64,000 bases of DNA from Thermoplasmatales archaeon (GCA_027310185.1 DAIDBH010000011.1:110451-174450), one strand, 5' to 3'. Counted from the stretch's first letter, positions 43,641 through 54,733 are shown. Numbers and translations: made by a program. The notes: generated from the sequence alone by a model not told the origin.

Positions 43641-44654
43641 ATGAACAAATATAATAAATTACTAACTATTATTCTGTTTGTCGTAGTGAGTATTATGGTA
43701 CTGTCAATGCTAAATGTTGCTAATGGACAGGGTACCAGTGGCAAGAATGGAAATTACAATCCATTCTCCGATGGAACATCCACAATCACTCTGGGTAAAA
43801 GTACTGTGTCAGTAACTCCAGGTACATCGGTTACAGATTCATATACAGTTAATCTTGCATCTGGAAGTACATGGGGTACGAGTCTCTCATCCAATTCCCT
43901 GTCTGGATTCACCATAAGCTTCAGCAATAGCAATAGTGACCCACCGTATACAGGAACAATGACTGTCTCAGTGGCATCATCGGTGGGTGATGGCACATAT
44001 CATGTATATGTAAATGCCACGGGTGATGATCCTTCCAGCTCCCCCGCTGTGCTTTCAGTATCTGTTACCGGACATGCTTCCAGCACAACGCCACCTCCGG
44101 TTACTCCTTCAAAGTCATTCACAGCTCTTTACGGAACAGACATAGCAGGCACCTCGGTGATAATCCTGTTCCTTCTGGCAGCACTTGTACCAATGGCTCT
44201 GAGAAGGAAAAACCTCAAGGTTCTGGGATACGTTTCATTCATCGTTTCCATGGGTTCTGCAATATTCCTGATCACAGATGATAGCCTGCTTAGAACATCA
44301 GGATACCTTCACTGGATCCTTCTCATAATCTTCACTGCAGGCATGATCGTTTCAATGCTTGGCTTCCTGCTTACAAAGGATAAGCTGAAAGAAACAGCCA
44401 GGATGGGTCTTGCCTATGGGTCAATCTTCATGTCCATCGCAATGATACTTGACGCAGCCCTTGGACTTCCTCTCTCTTCCATAGCCAATGTGGGAGGACC
44501 TCTTGGTTTCAACTATCTCTTCGGTTTTGGCATAACATCCCCCTCAACTGTAGCTGTGAGCCTGGCATTTTCAATCCTTCTCATATTCAATGGACTCCTC
44601 TTCTCCTCTTTCTTCTGGACACATGAAAATAAAGCTAGACAAAATGTAAAGTAA
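43641..44654 (+). CDS. Surface protein: signal peptide, Ig-like Ser/Thr-rich domain, multi-TM C-terminus
   Basis: SVSVTPG...GTYHVYVNATG beta-sandwich pattern, Pro linker, ~5 TM. Confidence 0.7.
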   Translation: MNKYNKLLTIILFVVVSIMVLSMLNVANGQGTSGKNGNYNPFSDGTSTITLGKSTVSVTPGTSVTDSYTVNLASGSTWGTSLSSNSLSGFTISFSNSNSDPPYTGTMTVSVASSVGDGTYHVYVNATGDDPSSSPAVLSVSVTGHASSTTPPPVTPSKSFTALYGTDIAGTSVIILFLLAALVPMALRRKNLKVLGYVSFIVSMGSAIFLITDDSLLRTSGYLHWILLIIFTAGMIVSMLGFLLTKDKLKETARMGLAYGSIFMSIAMILDAALGLPLSSIANVGGPLGFNYLFGFGITSPSTVAVSLAFSILLIFNGLLFSSFFWTHENKARQNVK

Positions 44655-44971
44655 GTTCTATCATTTTTAAAAAACTAGAACTTCTTTTTCGTAAATTTTT
44701 GAAGTGTAAAGATTTAATTTATCATTCAAATATTAAGTTTTAAACAGGTTAAAAAATAAGTAATTTTCATATATATTCTATATTTCTCACATAAAATCAT
44801 GTCCTAGCTATCAGGCTAACCCAACTCAAAATTAAATTTAACACTCTTTGGGGGTTAGAAAATGCCAATAGCAATTATTCTATTTAAATGTAGATACTTA
44901 AAAAATGAAATTAATAACTTAAAAAAGGCTATAAAAATCTTATTATTATGAGAATGTATTTCTCTGGGTAA

Positions 44972-46291
44972 ATGAAAAATTATAACGTGGCAATTGTGGG
45001 AGCTGGAGTAATAGGCTCTAGTCTAGCTTATATTCTAGCAACTTTTTATAACTTAAAAACAGTATTAATAGAAATGGAATCAAAGCCTGCAGTTCACACA
45101 AGCTCAAGAAATACAGGTGTAATTCATCGCCCATTTTATCTCCATCCAGAAAAAAAGTTTATTTTCGCAAAATCCAGTCAATATTCTTATGTGATGTGGA
45201 AAGAACTAGCACTCAAATATAATCTTCCATGGAAGGAGAATGGAACTATCGAAGTTGCTACTAGTGATAAAGATAAAGATACAATAGAAAATTATAGAAT
45301 ATATTCAGAAAAGAATGGTATAAAAGATAGTGAATTCGAAATTCTAGATAAAGAAAGGATTAATGAATTAGAGCCAAAAGTAAAATCTGAAGCAGCTTTC
45401 TACAGCAAAACTGATACAAATGTGTCATTTGGAGCTTTTACGAGGAAATTAGTTGAACTTGGAGAAAATTCGGGATTGACGACACAATTAAACAGTAAAG
45501 TTATTTCTCTTGATGATTCAAATGGAACTCTTAGGATAAAGCATAATGAGATGGAAAAGACCATATTGGCTGACTTGATCATCAACGTTTCTGGTGGTGG
45601 ATCGTTATGGTTGGCCAGGAGTATTGGATTAGCAAGAAATTATTCAGTACTCCATTTCAGAGGAGATTACTGGAAATTAAGGAATGACAACAATCTTGGT
45701 ATATCACATAATATATATTCGGTACCTCAACACTTGAAATACCCGTTTTTAGACCCACACTTTATAGTGAGACCAGATGGAACTAATGAAATTGGTCCAA
45801 ATGCACATCTTGTTAATTCTCCCTATGGTTACAGGAAAGATGATCAGAATAGGAGGTCAGGATATGGGGATCTTCTCTCATTACCAGTGTTCCCAAAAAT
45901 CAAGCTGTTTACGGACATCGAATTCATAAGTATGGTTAGAAAAGAGTGGAAATCATCAACATTCAGAGGAGAAATGGTTAATAGAATTAGAAAATTCATT
46001 CCTGATATTGATGAAAACATGATTACTGGTAGTGGATTATCTGGAGTCAGACATAGCCTTATTGATAAACATGGATTTGTTCCTGAAGTTGTTATTGAAA
46101 ATGGTCAACACAGTATCCACGTTTTGAATTTTAATTCTCCTGGTGCAACAGGTTCTCCTGCTTTCTCATGTTATCTTATAAATGAAATGATCAAAAAAGG
46201 TTTGATGGAACAAACTTCAATTGAAACAGAATCAAAGGAAGAACTTATCTGGGGAAATGAAATAAAAAAAGTTATAAATGTCTTTTCTTAA
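44972..46291 (+). CDS. FAD-dependent oxidoreductase, L-2-hydroxyglutarate oxidase (LhgO)-like
   Basis: IVGAGVIG, HTSSRNTGVIH, FRGDY, IYSVP..YPFL..HF, IGPNA, SPGAT. Confidence 0.85.
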   Translation: MKNYNVAIVGAGVIGSSLAYILATFYNLKTVLIEMESKPAVHTSSRNTGVIHRPFYLHPEKKFIFAKSSQYSYVMWKELALKYNLPWKENGTIEVATSDKDKDTIENYRIYSEKNGIKDSEFEILDKERINELEPKVKSEAAFYSKTDTNVSFGAFTRKLVELGENSGLTTQLNSKVISLDDSNGTLRIKHNEMEKTILADLIINVSGGGSLWLARSIGLARNYSVLHFRGDYWKLRNDNNLGISHNIYSVPQHLKYPFLDPHFIVRPDGTNEIGPNAHLVNSPYGYRKDDQNRRSGYGDLLSLPVFPKIKLFTDIEFISMVRKEWKSSTFRGEMVNRIRKFIPDIDENMITGSGLSGVRHSLIDKHGFVPEVVIENGQHSIHVLNFNSPGATGSPAFSCYLINEMIKKGLMEQTSIETESKEELIWGNEIKKVINVFS

Positions 46292-46295
46292 AAAA

Positions 46296-47321
46296 TTATA
46301 GTAAAAGATCTGTCAGGTTCATTCCATATTTTAACATATTTGACTGGGAGTCTAGTAATTTCTTATAATGATTAACAGTATGCATCTGAGGCTCATCTTT
46401 CAACTCACCACTTTTAATTTTTTCAAGTATTTCCTTTATGCCATCCTCAACACTTATTTCAGCCTTAAACTTAATTTGCTCAAGTGATTTCTTGAATGAA
46501 ACTTTGTATGATCTTACATCAGGATCGCCATACCATTCAATATCAGATTTTATACCGACATTCTTCTTTACCATATTCGCTAGGTCTTTGAGTTGAATGT
46601 TCAACTCATCTGCCCCTATGTTAAAAGTCTCTCCCCACACGGCATCTCTATTCTCTTCAAGTACGCGGACAATTGCCCTTGAGATATCTTTTATATGCAC
46701 AAAAGGTCTGTACTGCGTCCCATCTCTCATTAACTTTACCTTGCCTTCGTGAAACGCGTTAAAGGTCATTGCATTAATTGCAATATCTAGCCTCATTTTC
46801 TTTGAATAACCAAAAGCCGTAGAAAGTCTCAAGGCCGTCGGGCTGAAAGTCTTGTCTTTCAGGAATAGGTTATCATTTTCTACTGCTATGTTTGCCTGTG
46901 CATAAGTTGTTAGGGGGTTGGGTAAAGTGTTTTCATTTGCCACTTCCTTTAAGAACCCATAAACGCTGCATGAGGATGTCAGAACATATTTTTCTATACC
47001 TAACTTCTTCGCCATCCTTGCAACTCTTACTCTCCCTAAATAATTTATGTCCCATGTTTTTAATGGGTCAAGATCACCACTTGGATCGTTAGACATCGCA
47101 GCAAGATCAATAACTGCATCATTTCCTCTGAGCAAATTTGAATCAAAGTATCTTATATCTCCCTTTATTAACTTGCAGCCGATTTCCCTATATTCTTTCT
47201 CTACGTCGTCATAATTCAGAAACATTCTGTCTATTGCTGTCACATCATAACCACGCTCTATTAACATTGGTACTAAAACTCTTCCAATATACCCTGTTCC
47301 ACCAGTAACAAAAACTTTCAT
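46296..47321 (-). CDS. NDP-sugar epimerase/dehydratase (extended SDR)
   Basis: GGTGYIG, LAAMSND, SSCSVYG, Q.RPFVHIKD. Confidence 0.9.
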   Translation of the reverse strand: MKVFVTGGTGYIGRVLVPMLIERGYDVTAIDRMFLNYDDVEKEYREIGCKLIKGDIRYFDSNLLRGNDAVIDLAAMSNDPSGDLDPLKTWDINYLGRVRVARMAKKLGIEKYVLTSSCSVYGFLKEVANENTLPNPLTTYAQANIAVENDNLFLKDKTFSPTALRLSTAFGYSKKMRLDIAINAMTFNAFHEGKVKLMRDGTQYRPFVHIKDISRAIVRVLEENRDAVWGETFNIGADELNIQLKDLANMVKKNVGIKSDIEWYGDPDVRSYKVSFKKSLEQIKFKAEISVEDGIKEILEKIKSGELKDEPQMHTVNHYKKLLDSQSNMLKYGMNLTDLLL

Positions 47322-47881
47322 GCTGTTTCACCATAAATATATTTAGTTTTACTTTCAGTCAAGATTGGCCATTTTTTATCCTTTTCTGATATTACCTTTT
47401 CAATATCAGGCCATTTGATATCAATAGTTTTATCATTCCAGATCACCCCTGCTTCTGAGCTTTGATTATATTCGGATGTTGCCTTGTAAAGAACCAAAGA
47501 ATCCTCTAATGCAAGAAACCCGTGAGCAAATCCTTCTGGAACCCACAAAATCTTGAAATTCTTCTCTGTAAGTTCTTCCATCACATAATTACCGAAAGTG
47601 GGAGAACCTTTTCTTACATCCACGGCTACATCCAGAATCTTTCCTTTTAATACTCTTACGAGTTTTCCCTGTGAATAAGGAGGGTTTTGAAAATGTAGAC
47701 CTCTTAGAGTTCCCTTTACAGAAAATGAATGGTTGTCCTGTTTGAATTCTCTATTTATTCCGGCCTTTTCAAAATCTGATTTCTTGAATGATTCTAGAAA
47801 ATAACCCCTATCATCAGGAAAAGCTTTTGGAATAATGACCTTAACTTCCTTAATATTAGTATCTTTAAATTCAAATGGCAT
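47318..47881 (-). CDS. rfbC: dTDP-4-dehydrorhamnose 3,5-epimerase
   Basis: DDRGYF.ESF, QDNHS.S, LRGLHFQ, GFAHGF. Confidence 0.95.
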   Translation of the reverse strand: MPFEFKDTNIKEVKVIIPKAFPDDRGYFLESFKKSDFEKAGINREFKQDNHSFSVKGTLRGLHFQNPPYSQGKLVRVLKGKILDVAVDVRKGSPTFGNYVMEELTEKNFKILWVPEGFAHGFLALEDSLVLYKATSEYNQSSEAGVIWNDKTIDIKWPDIEKVISEKDKKWPILTESKTKYIYGETA

Positions 47882-47907
47882 GCACCAATATTTCTAATCC
47901 CTATATA

Positions 47908-48753
47908 TCATTTGTTTTCCTTTACTGTACTGTCAAATTGATTAAAATTGGATTCTTGTGAATAGAAATCTGTTTTTATGATCTTTTTCGCCTGTGATAT
48001 GTCGAGAGAAGAATCAAAAGGTCTCCTGGCTATCATACTATTTATGTTTGAAACTTCCTCTATATTACCTTTTAAGTTGAAGAATTTCGATATTTGCACC
48101 GCTAGATCATATCTAGAAATCCTTTCTCCTGCAATATTTATAATTCCTTCATAATCTATTGCTATAAGTTCTGCTATAGATTTTGCTAGATTGGCTGAGT
48201 GTATAGGTGAATAATAACCAGATATTGCCTTTACTGGTTGTCCGTTTTTGAGCGCATTATAAACAAATTTTGGGTAATTATTTGAATATCCATAAACACC
48301 AGAAGTTCTTACTATAATTGAATTCTCAGTCATTTGAGCGAAATTATCTCCAATTAGTTTGGAAAGTCCATAATAGTTGATTGGGTAAGGTAGTGAATCT
48401 TCATTGTAGTGACCAGTTTCTCCATCAAAAACATAATCTGTTGATACCTGAATTAACTTACTTCCCTGATTGATACAATATTGAGAAAGAAATTTTACAG
48501 ATTTGCTATTAATTAAATACGCAATTTCCGGCTCCTTTTCACACAGATCAACGTTTGTTAAAGCCACCGCATTAATAATTACATCCGGTTTATGCTCTCT
48601 AACGATTCTCTTTACTTCATCAGGGTTTGTAAATTCGACTCCATTCTCTGAATTATCTTTTTTATGTGAAAAAAGAATTGCGTCTTTGTAAATTTTTGAC
48701 AACTCCCTTCCCAACTGGCCGTTTGAACCAAAAATCATTATCTTCTTTTGCAT
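47908..48753 (-). CDS. rfbD: dTDP-4-dehydrorhamnose reductase
   Basis: GSNGQLG, STDYVFDG, PINYYGLSK. Confidence 0.93.
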   Translation of the reverse strand: MQKKIMIFGSNGQLGRELSKIYKDAILFSHKKDNSENGVEFTNPDEVKRIVREHKPDVIINAVALTNVDLCEKEPEIAYLINSKSVKFLSQYCINQGSKLIQVSTDYVFDGETGHYNEDSLPYPINYYGLSKLIGDNFAQMTENSIIVRTSGVYGYSNNYPKFVYNALKNGQPVKAISGYYSPIHSANLAKSIAELIAIDYEGIINIAGERISRYDLAVQISKFFNLKGNIEEVSNINSMIARRPFDSSLDISQAKKIIKTDFYSQESNFNQFDSTVKENK

Positions 48754-49056
48754 TTTTATAACCTAATAACCACGGGTATTTCAAATCACTTTTAACATTT
48801 TTGTTCATTTTCTATATTTATCTAATATTTGGTAATTTATCTTAGTAGGTGCGGAAATAATTACTATTTATATTTTTTATAGGTCCTGGTATAATTAATT
48901 AGAATACTAGAATGTAAAATACATGTGAAAAAGGAATTAAATAAAATAAACTTGCAAGTTGTTAAGACTTAATGACCTGTTTATAAAAAACACTTTAGCC
49001 AGGTACGCATCTAATAAAAATAAAACTTAATTATTTATGGAGGAATTCAGGGAAGA

Positions 49057-50607
49057 ATGGAATTAGGTGCCGAGAAGGAGTATGTTGGAATAAGCGCGAT
49101 TTACCAGTTTCTCGGCAATGGAGTACAGGTAGTTTCCGGATCACTGTTCTATATATTCGCAGCAAGGATCTTTCCACCATATGATTTAGGAGTTATTGCA
49201 TTATTTATTGCCATAGTAGGTCTTTTCGGCATAGTGTTCACTGTTGGTCTCAACAGCGCAATAACACATTTCATTTCATCAAACCTTAATTCCAAGGTAT
49301 ACTCCCCGGGAAAGACATTATTCAGGATCCTTGTGCTTGGAGTATTGCTTGCACTTGCTGGATTACTCGTAGTATACGCCTTCTCAGGATATATATCAAT
49401 AATCTTCTTCCATGCAACTTCATATACATTCTACATCAAGCTACTATCCATCGTACTATTTGGCAATATCATATTTTCCATCCTTAACGGAGCCATAATT
49501 GGGTTCGAGAAATTCAAGATATCTGCAGTTATATCCGTGATCATCTGGGTAATATATTATTTCGGTGCGCTTACACTTGCATTCATAGATCGATCACTTA
49601 TCGACATAATATACGGTTGGATTCTAGGGCTTGCTCTCGGTATATTAATTGATTTTGTCTACCTTTTAACAATACTGGCCAGAGGATACATGAAGAGGCA
49701 TCATCGAACTGTAGGCAGCAGATCCATATTCGACTATGCCATACCTGTACTACTTTCATCAATTATAGGGTACGGCGCATCATACACAGACAGGTTCGTT
49801 GTTGCTTATCTTCTTAATACATATTACCTTGGAATTTATAACTTTACACTGTTGATTTTCTCAGGTATCAGCTTCATTGCAATTCCGTTCAATAACATAA
49901 CACTTCCAAAGTTCTCGGAATTCTTTGGCAATGATCAAAGATCATACATAAAGAGCAATGTGGGAGCCTCATCACTGTTGCTTACATATTTCTATACACC
50001 CGTAGCACTTGGCATCGCGGCTCTTTCTCCCATTGTACTTTATTATATAGCGGGTCCTGCATACGTTTCAGGACAGTATGCGTTGATAGTTGTGATGCTG
50101 GTGCCAACACTGTTCATATCACAGAACCTTTTGATCCAGGCAATCTCATCCGTAAGGAAGACTTCATTCTTCCTGTACTCAAGTCTTGGGTCTCTTGTTG
50201 CCAATGTGATCTTCTCTTTCCTGCTCATACCCTTTTTTGGATTGATTGGGGCAGCCCTCGGGTTTTCATCCGTGTATGTTGTTTCTTTCATCATTCTTTA
50301 TAGATTAGCAAGGAAAGAGGATCTGGTTCAATACAACGTATCCGGTACCATGAAGATCTGGGCATCATCAATAGTCATGTTCCTGATAGTGTATATGGCA
50401 CTTCATTTCATGGTGGAAAGGTTTGGCTACTCTCTGTTTGTTCTTCCCTCGCTTATTCTTCTGGGGGGAGTAATTTATCTTGGACTCGCATCAAGATTAA
50501 GGGTGTTCTCAAGGGAAGAGAGGGAATTCATTCTGTCCATGTTTCCAGACAGGTTGAATTCCATAAAAAAGCTGATTAGTTTTCTGGTTCTTGGAAACCA
50601 GAAGTAA
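49057..50607 (+). CDS. Oligosaccharide flippase (MOP/Wzx family)
   Basis: ~14 TM, YTDRFVVA...LGIY, LIPFFGLIGAA. Confidence 0.88.
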   Translation: MELGAEKEYVGISAIYQFLGNGVQVVSGSLFYIFAARIFPPYDLGVIALFIAIVGLFGIVFTVGLNSAITHFISSNLNSKVYSPGKTLFRILVLGVLLALAGLLVVYAFSGYISIIFFHATSYTFYIKLLSIVLFGNIIFSILNGAIIGFEKFKISAVISVIIWVIYYFGALTLAFIDRSLIDIIYGWILGLALGILIDFVYLLTILARGYMKRHHRTVGSRSIFDYAIPVLLSSIIGYGASYTDRFVVAYLLNTYYLGIYNFTLLIFSGISFIAIPFNNITLPKFSEFFGNDQRSYIKSNVGASSLLLTYFYTPVALGIAALSPIVLYYIAGPAYVSGQYALIVVMLVPTLFISQNLLIQAISSVRKTSFFLYSSLGSLVANVIFSFLLIPFFGLIGAALGFSSVYVVSFIILYRLARKEDLVQYNVSGTMKIWASSIVMFLIVYMALHFMVERFGYSLFVLPSLILLGGVIYLGLASRLRVFSREEREFILSMFPDRLNSIKKLISFLVLGNQK

Positions 50608-50772
50608 AAATCTGTGAATAATACCAGGTTGAGGAATCACAACAAATCCTTGGTTTCATTGCATTTATTTAACATAGAATTGTTTATATATATTTACTTT
50701 GTGAATCATATTAATCTACTTGTTACTATAACACTACATTACATTTATATACGGATAATTCTTATTATTTTC

Positions 50773-53700
50773 ATGGACTTAAAAAAATTGATAGTAATAT
50801 CCATAGCCATGATGTCTGTAATAGGTTTCTCGATGGCAGTTGTTGGAAGTACTCCTGCTGTTCAGAATGCAGCAAGCAATAATAGCACAGGAGCTATTGG
50901 TACACAATTTACCTCGTCAGGAGGTCAAAACGCAAGTGTTATTTCGCAGTTTCATAGCTTTGAAAATAAATTGAATAGTACCGCCAGTTCGAAGGTAAAA
51001 GGCTCAAATCTCAGTGAAAAGGGTACCAAAAACTCATCTTTTCTTAACAACGTAACAAGCAATTTGAAAAATAGCCTTTTCTTACCGAATTATAAGGCAG
51101 CACAGGATTATAAAATTGTAGATGGACACGTATCACCGTCATATGTTTCTGCTCCAGCACCTATGGGTATAGGTGACTTCGGTCTAAAGAATGTCAGTGG
51201 GGTTCTAACACCTTATCAACTTTCCACCAACAGCTTCGAGGGAACAATATCTATTAGCAATCTTACTGCACTATATGCACTCAATGAAGACCCAAGCAAC
51301 ATTACAGTGCAGCTTAACACAGTTCTAAACAATGTCACATTGTTTGGAAGCTCGACTTATTCATTTTGGACTCAAAACGTTTTATTATATTCATCCGAAC
51401 ATCATACCATAGAGTTTGAGGATAACTTATGGAACTTCTCTAGTCCTGCTACATATCTTACCTCCAATGCAATATATAAAACGACAGGCAGGGTTCTTCC
51501 ATATACAGGAGTACATATTGCATATGGACCCTCATTCGCCGTGAAAACACCTTTCACCGTTCATCTTTACTTGAATTCAACACTTATAGATAACAGAAAC
51601 GCAGTTTATTTCAATTATTCTGTTCCACAGCTTTCTGTCCACGGTACATATGATTTAGTAATATTCAACTCCACTTATCACGTGGCAAGTACCTTTAAAA
51701 CCCCTCAAGCAAACTTCCTAATAAGTGGTTCACATCTAACGCCAACAGGATACCTTCTTTACGACGCAGAGATAATGATTGGAGGTCCAGGAGGAGGTAG
51801 CACGACAACTCTCTACAATGTAAACGCAAACATGACACTGAAGTATTATAATTCAACAACTAGCGGCTACATTAACGTTCCAAGTGCGTATGATTATGGA
51901 ACTGATACGGGAGAAACATCATCAGGTGAATCAGTATACTGGAATTCTAATGATGTTGCAGAAATCAACACAGGACCAAGCATACTTCAAGGAATGTGGG
52001 GAATACAATCATCATCAAAGATGGGTGACATGAAGATAACAGGACAGATTGAACCTTCAAACGCCTTTCTCTTTGTAAATCTTGGAACAAGGGTAAATAA
52101 CATGACTGCTCAGTGGGCACCAGTTCAGCAGAATGGGAAGTTCATGTTGTTCCTGACCCCTGGAACATACAGCATGCAGGTTCTTCTTTCCAACTATGCA
52201 CCAATGTATATGCAGGACATCTCTGGTTCTTCCAGCAACACTGTCAAGATGAGCACTATGAAACTGATGTTCAATGAGACATACGGCGGATATACGCCAT
52301 TGTATGCATTCAACAATGAACAGATAGCCAATATATCCGTACATGGTCAGGGATCAGCAAGTGAACCTTATATACTCGCAGAGCAGAATTTCGTTGATCC
52401 TGTATTTGGTCAAGTTAACGATTTTGGTTTCCCTGTGTTTATGGCTGTTTTCCTAAGCAGAACCTCCATGTATGTGAGTTCATTCGAAGGGTACCAACCT
52501 TTTACTGACTTGAGCTATAATACTGCCTTTGTGACCTGCGATACAATGCCGCTTGCCTTCTACAAGGTCCAAAACTATTCCATGATCGGAATGCAGATAA
52601 GCGGGTACTTATTCCCCGGAATTTTCGGTTTCGTCGCAGGAGAAGTAACTTTCTGGGATTCTTCCAACGACTTCATAACTCAAACCACCTTCGACACATC
52701 TTACCCGGTTGCAGCTGTGAATTCCACAGATATCACAGTATCTAACAGTGAATTAGAATATTCAGGGAGCAGTATATATCTTTATTGTGGAAGTGTTATT
52801 TTAGCAAATGATCAGATAGGGTACAGTCTTCTTTTAGAGGTCAACGGAACTGTGAACATTGTAAACAGTAGAATCACATACATGGATCTCATATCTTGTG
52901 ACGGTGCAACATTAAACCTACGTGGAAATATAATGGAATATAACTTTGTGGTGGCTTTAAACTCTAAAATGATTGACACTGATAATATTGCAATAGAAAG
53001 TCAATATTATATTAGTTCTTCCACTATTAATTCTATGAATGACAACCAGGCAGACAATTTGATACTTTTAGACAATTCCAGTTCAAACAGCATGGACGGT
53101 CAGTATATATGCTTGACCATGATGACAATGAATTCAACACTGTCATATACTGGTTCCAGTGTAAACTTTACGCAGATAATCTCACAAAATTCTATACTTG
53201 AAATTAGTTCTGCGAACCTACTTTGTAATTTAATCGATACAATGCATGGCTCAAATGATATCAAAGGGACCTCAGCTTTTGGTTTGTTCGTTGTATCAAT
53301 CGACAGCAATTCTATGTTCACCAACTCACAGATATCCGGCCTAGAGGCTGTGTCTGCAATTGGAAATCTCTCCATTTCCGGATCAATGATAACCGGTATT
53401 GAATTTGAATCAATATATTCAAATGATTCATTAGTCAATAGCCAAATTCAGAGTTTCCCAACAAGCTCTTATCTCGGTTATGATTTCCCGACATTTATCT
53501 GGTCATACGATGGAACTAACGTTTTGTCAGGAGTAGTATTCTCAATAAACGATTTCCAAAACAATCTTGAAACCCTATTAAATACGTTTTCTGTGAATAT
53601 TAACAGTGTGACATTCTTGGACGGTGCAAACAGTGTTACAGGCTCAACATTCCTTACCCTCGGTGGAGACTCTTCAGCTAACCTCATAATTCAATATGGA

Positions 53701-54705
53701 GTGAACAACATCCAAGGAAATACATTTGAGTCAAAGAAAGTACAATTGCTCGGCAATCAGTATGGTGCGGGCAGTTCACTTATAGTTTATGGGGGTGTAA
53801 ATGCCATAGGACACAATAAATTCATCAGTATAAATTCACCTGCAACGAGTCAGTTCATAAAATATGGGGACGTATCGACAGAAACAGGCAACCAGTATCA
53901 ATATTCCCTGAATTTCACCGAAACAGGCCTACCAGCTGGAACACCATGGACTCTTGTTCTGAACGGTACGGCACACACAACAACAGCTTCCTACATTGAC
54001 CTTATATTATCTCCCGGAACCTATACATACAATGTGGCGTCGTATGGTTACAGTACAACCTCGGGTTCTGTGGATGTGGTATCATCATCTGTTACGGTCC
54101 CTGTTACGTTCAGTAAACTTCCTCAGTATTCAGTTACCTTTACTGAAACTGGATTACCAAGTGGAACAAACTGGTCTGTAACCATGGATCATATGACCAT
54201 ATCTGGCTATGAAAATTCACTAACATTCACTAATATTCCAAAGGGTACTTACACCTACACCATTGCAGCCTCTACGAATAAATACTCGCCTGTAACCTCT
54301 TCTGGATCGGTTGACGTTACTTCAAATATGACAGAACCAGTTTCATACGTCGGTCATAACTATACGATAATATTCACTGAAAATGGTCTTTCAACTGGCC
54401 TCAACTGGACACTCACTGTTGACGGTCATGTTTACTCAAGCAATGGAAAGGCATCTATATCCCTCGTAATGCCAATAGGTTCAAGCATATCGTACAGCAT
54501 AAGCAATGTAACTGGATATACTTCATCTGTTAAGTCAGGAAGTCTAACGGTTTCAGGAAATTACAGTCTTACAGTACAGTTTGTAAAGAATATAAAACCA
54601 GGGGTATCTCCAACTCTTACATATATAGGCATATCAGTGGCCGCAATCGCTGGCATAGTTGCCGGAGCAATTCCTATGTATGTACTGAGGAGAAAGGTAC
54701 CATAA
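50773..54705 (+). CDS. Large thermopsin-family (A5) acid protease with beta-helix-like region, three C-terminal repeats and TM anchor
   Basis: APAPMGIGDFG, VQLN.VL, FWTQNV, DAEIMIGGPGGG, YDYGTDTGET; FTE(T/N)GL repeats; signal peptide starts at MDLKKL (50773). Confidence 0.88.
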   Translation: MDLKKLIVISIAMMSVIGFSMAVVGSTPAVQNAASNNSTGAIGTQFTSSGGQNASVISQFHSFENKLNSTASSKVKGSNLSEKGTKNSSFLNNVTSNLKNSLFLPNYKAAQDYKIVDGHVSPSYVSAPAPMGIGDFGLKNVSGVLTPYQLSTNSFEGTISISNLTALYALNEDPSNITVQLNTVLNNVTLFGSSTYSFWTQNVLLYSSEHHTIEFEDNLWNFSSPATYLTSNAIYKTTGRVLPYTGVHIAYGPSFAVKTPFTVHLYLNSTLIDNRNAVYFNYSVPQLSVHGTYDLVIFNSTYHVASTFKTPQANFLISGSHLTPTGYLLYDAEIMIGGPGGGSTTTLYNVNANMTLKYYNSTTSGYINVPSAYDYGTDTGETSSGESVYWNSNDVAEINTGPSILQGMWGIQSSSKMGDMKITGQIEPSNAFLFVNLGTRVNNMTAQWAPVQQNGKFMLFLTPGTYSMQVLLSNYAPMYMQDISGSSSNTVKMSTMKLMFNETYGGYTPLYAFNNEQIANISVHGQGSASEPYILAEQNFVDPVFGQVNDFGFPVFMAVFLSRTSMYVSSFEGYQPFTDLSYNTAFVTCDTMPLAFYKVQNYSMIGMQISGYLFPGIFGFVAGEVTFWDSSNDFITQTTFDTSYPVAAVNSTDITVSNSELEYSGSSIYLYCGSVILANDQIGYSLLLEVNGTVNIVNSRITYMDLISCDGATLNLRGNIMEYNFVVALNSKMIDTDNIAIESQYYISSSTINSMNDNQADNLILLDNSSSNSMDGQYICLTMMTMNSTLSYTGSSVNFTQIISQNSILEISSANLLCNLIDTMHGSNDIKGTSAFGLFVVSIDSNSMFTNSQISGLEAVSAIGNLSISGSMITGIEFESIYSNDSLVNSQIQSFPTSSYLGYDFPTFIWSYDGTNVLSGVVFSINDFQNNLETLLNTFSVNINSVTFLDGANSVTGSTFLTLGGDSSANLIIQYGVNNIQGNTFESKKVQLLGNQYGAGSSLIVYGGVNAIGHNKFISINSPATSQFIKYGDVSTETGNQYQYSLNFTETGLPAGTPWTLVLNGTAHTTTASYIDLILSPGTYTYNVASYGYSTTSGSVDVVSSSVTVPVTFSKLPQYSVTFTETGLPSGTNWSVTMDHMTISGYENSLTFTNIPKGTYTYTIAASTNKYSPVTSSGSVDVTSNMTEPVSYVGHNYTIIFTENGLSTGLNWTLTVDGHVYSSNGKASISLVMPIGSSISYSISNVTGYTSSVKSGSLTVSGNYSLTVQFVKNIKPGVSPTLTYIGISVAAIAGIVAGAIPMYVLRRKVP

Positions 54706-54733
54706 ATTATTTTTTAAGCAACTCTATTTATTC

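Noticed and set aside
50614-50772. Extra 53 aa before the thermopsin
   Set aside because: AT-rich promoter sequence; the signal peptide starts at 50773
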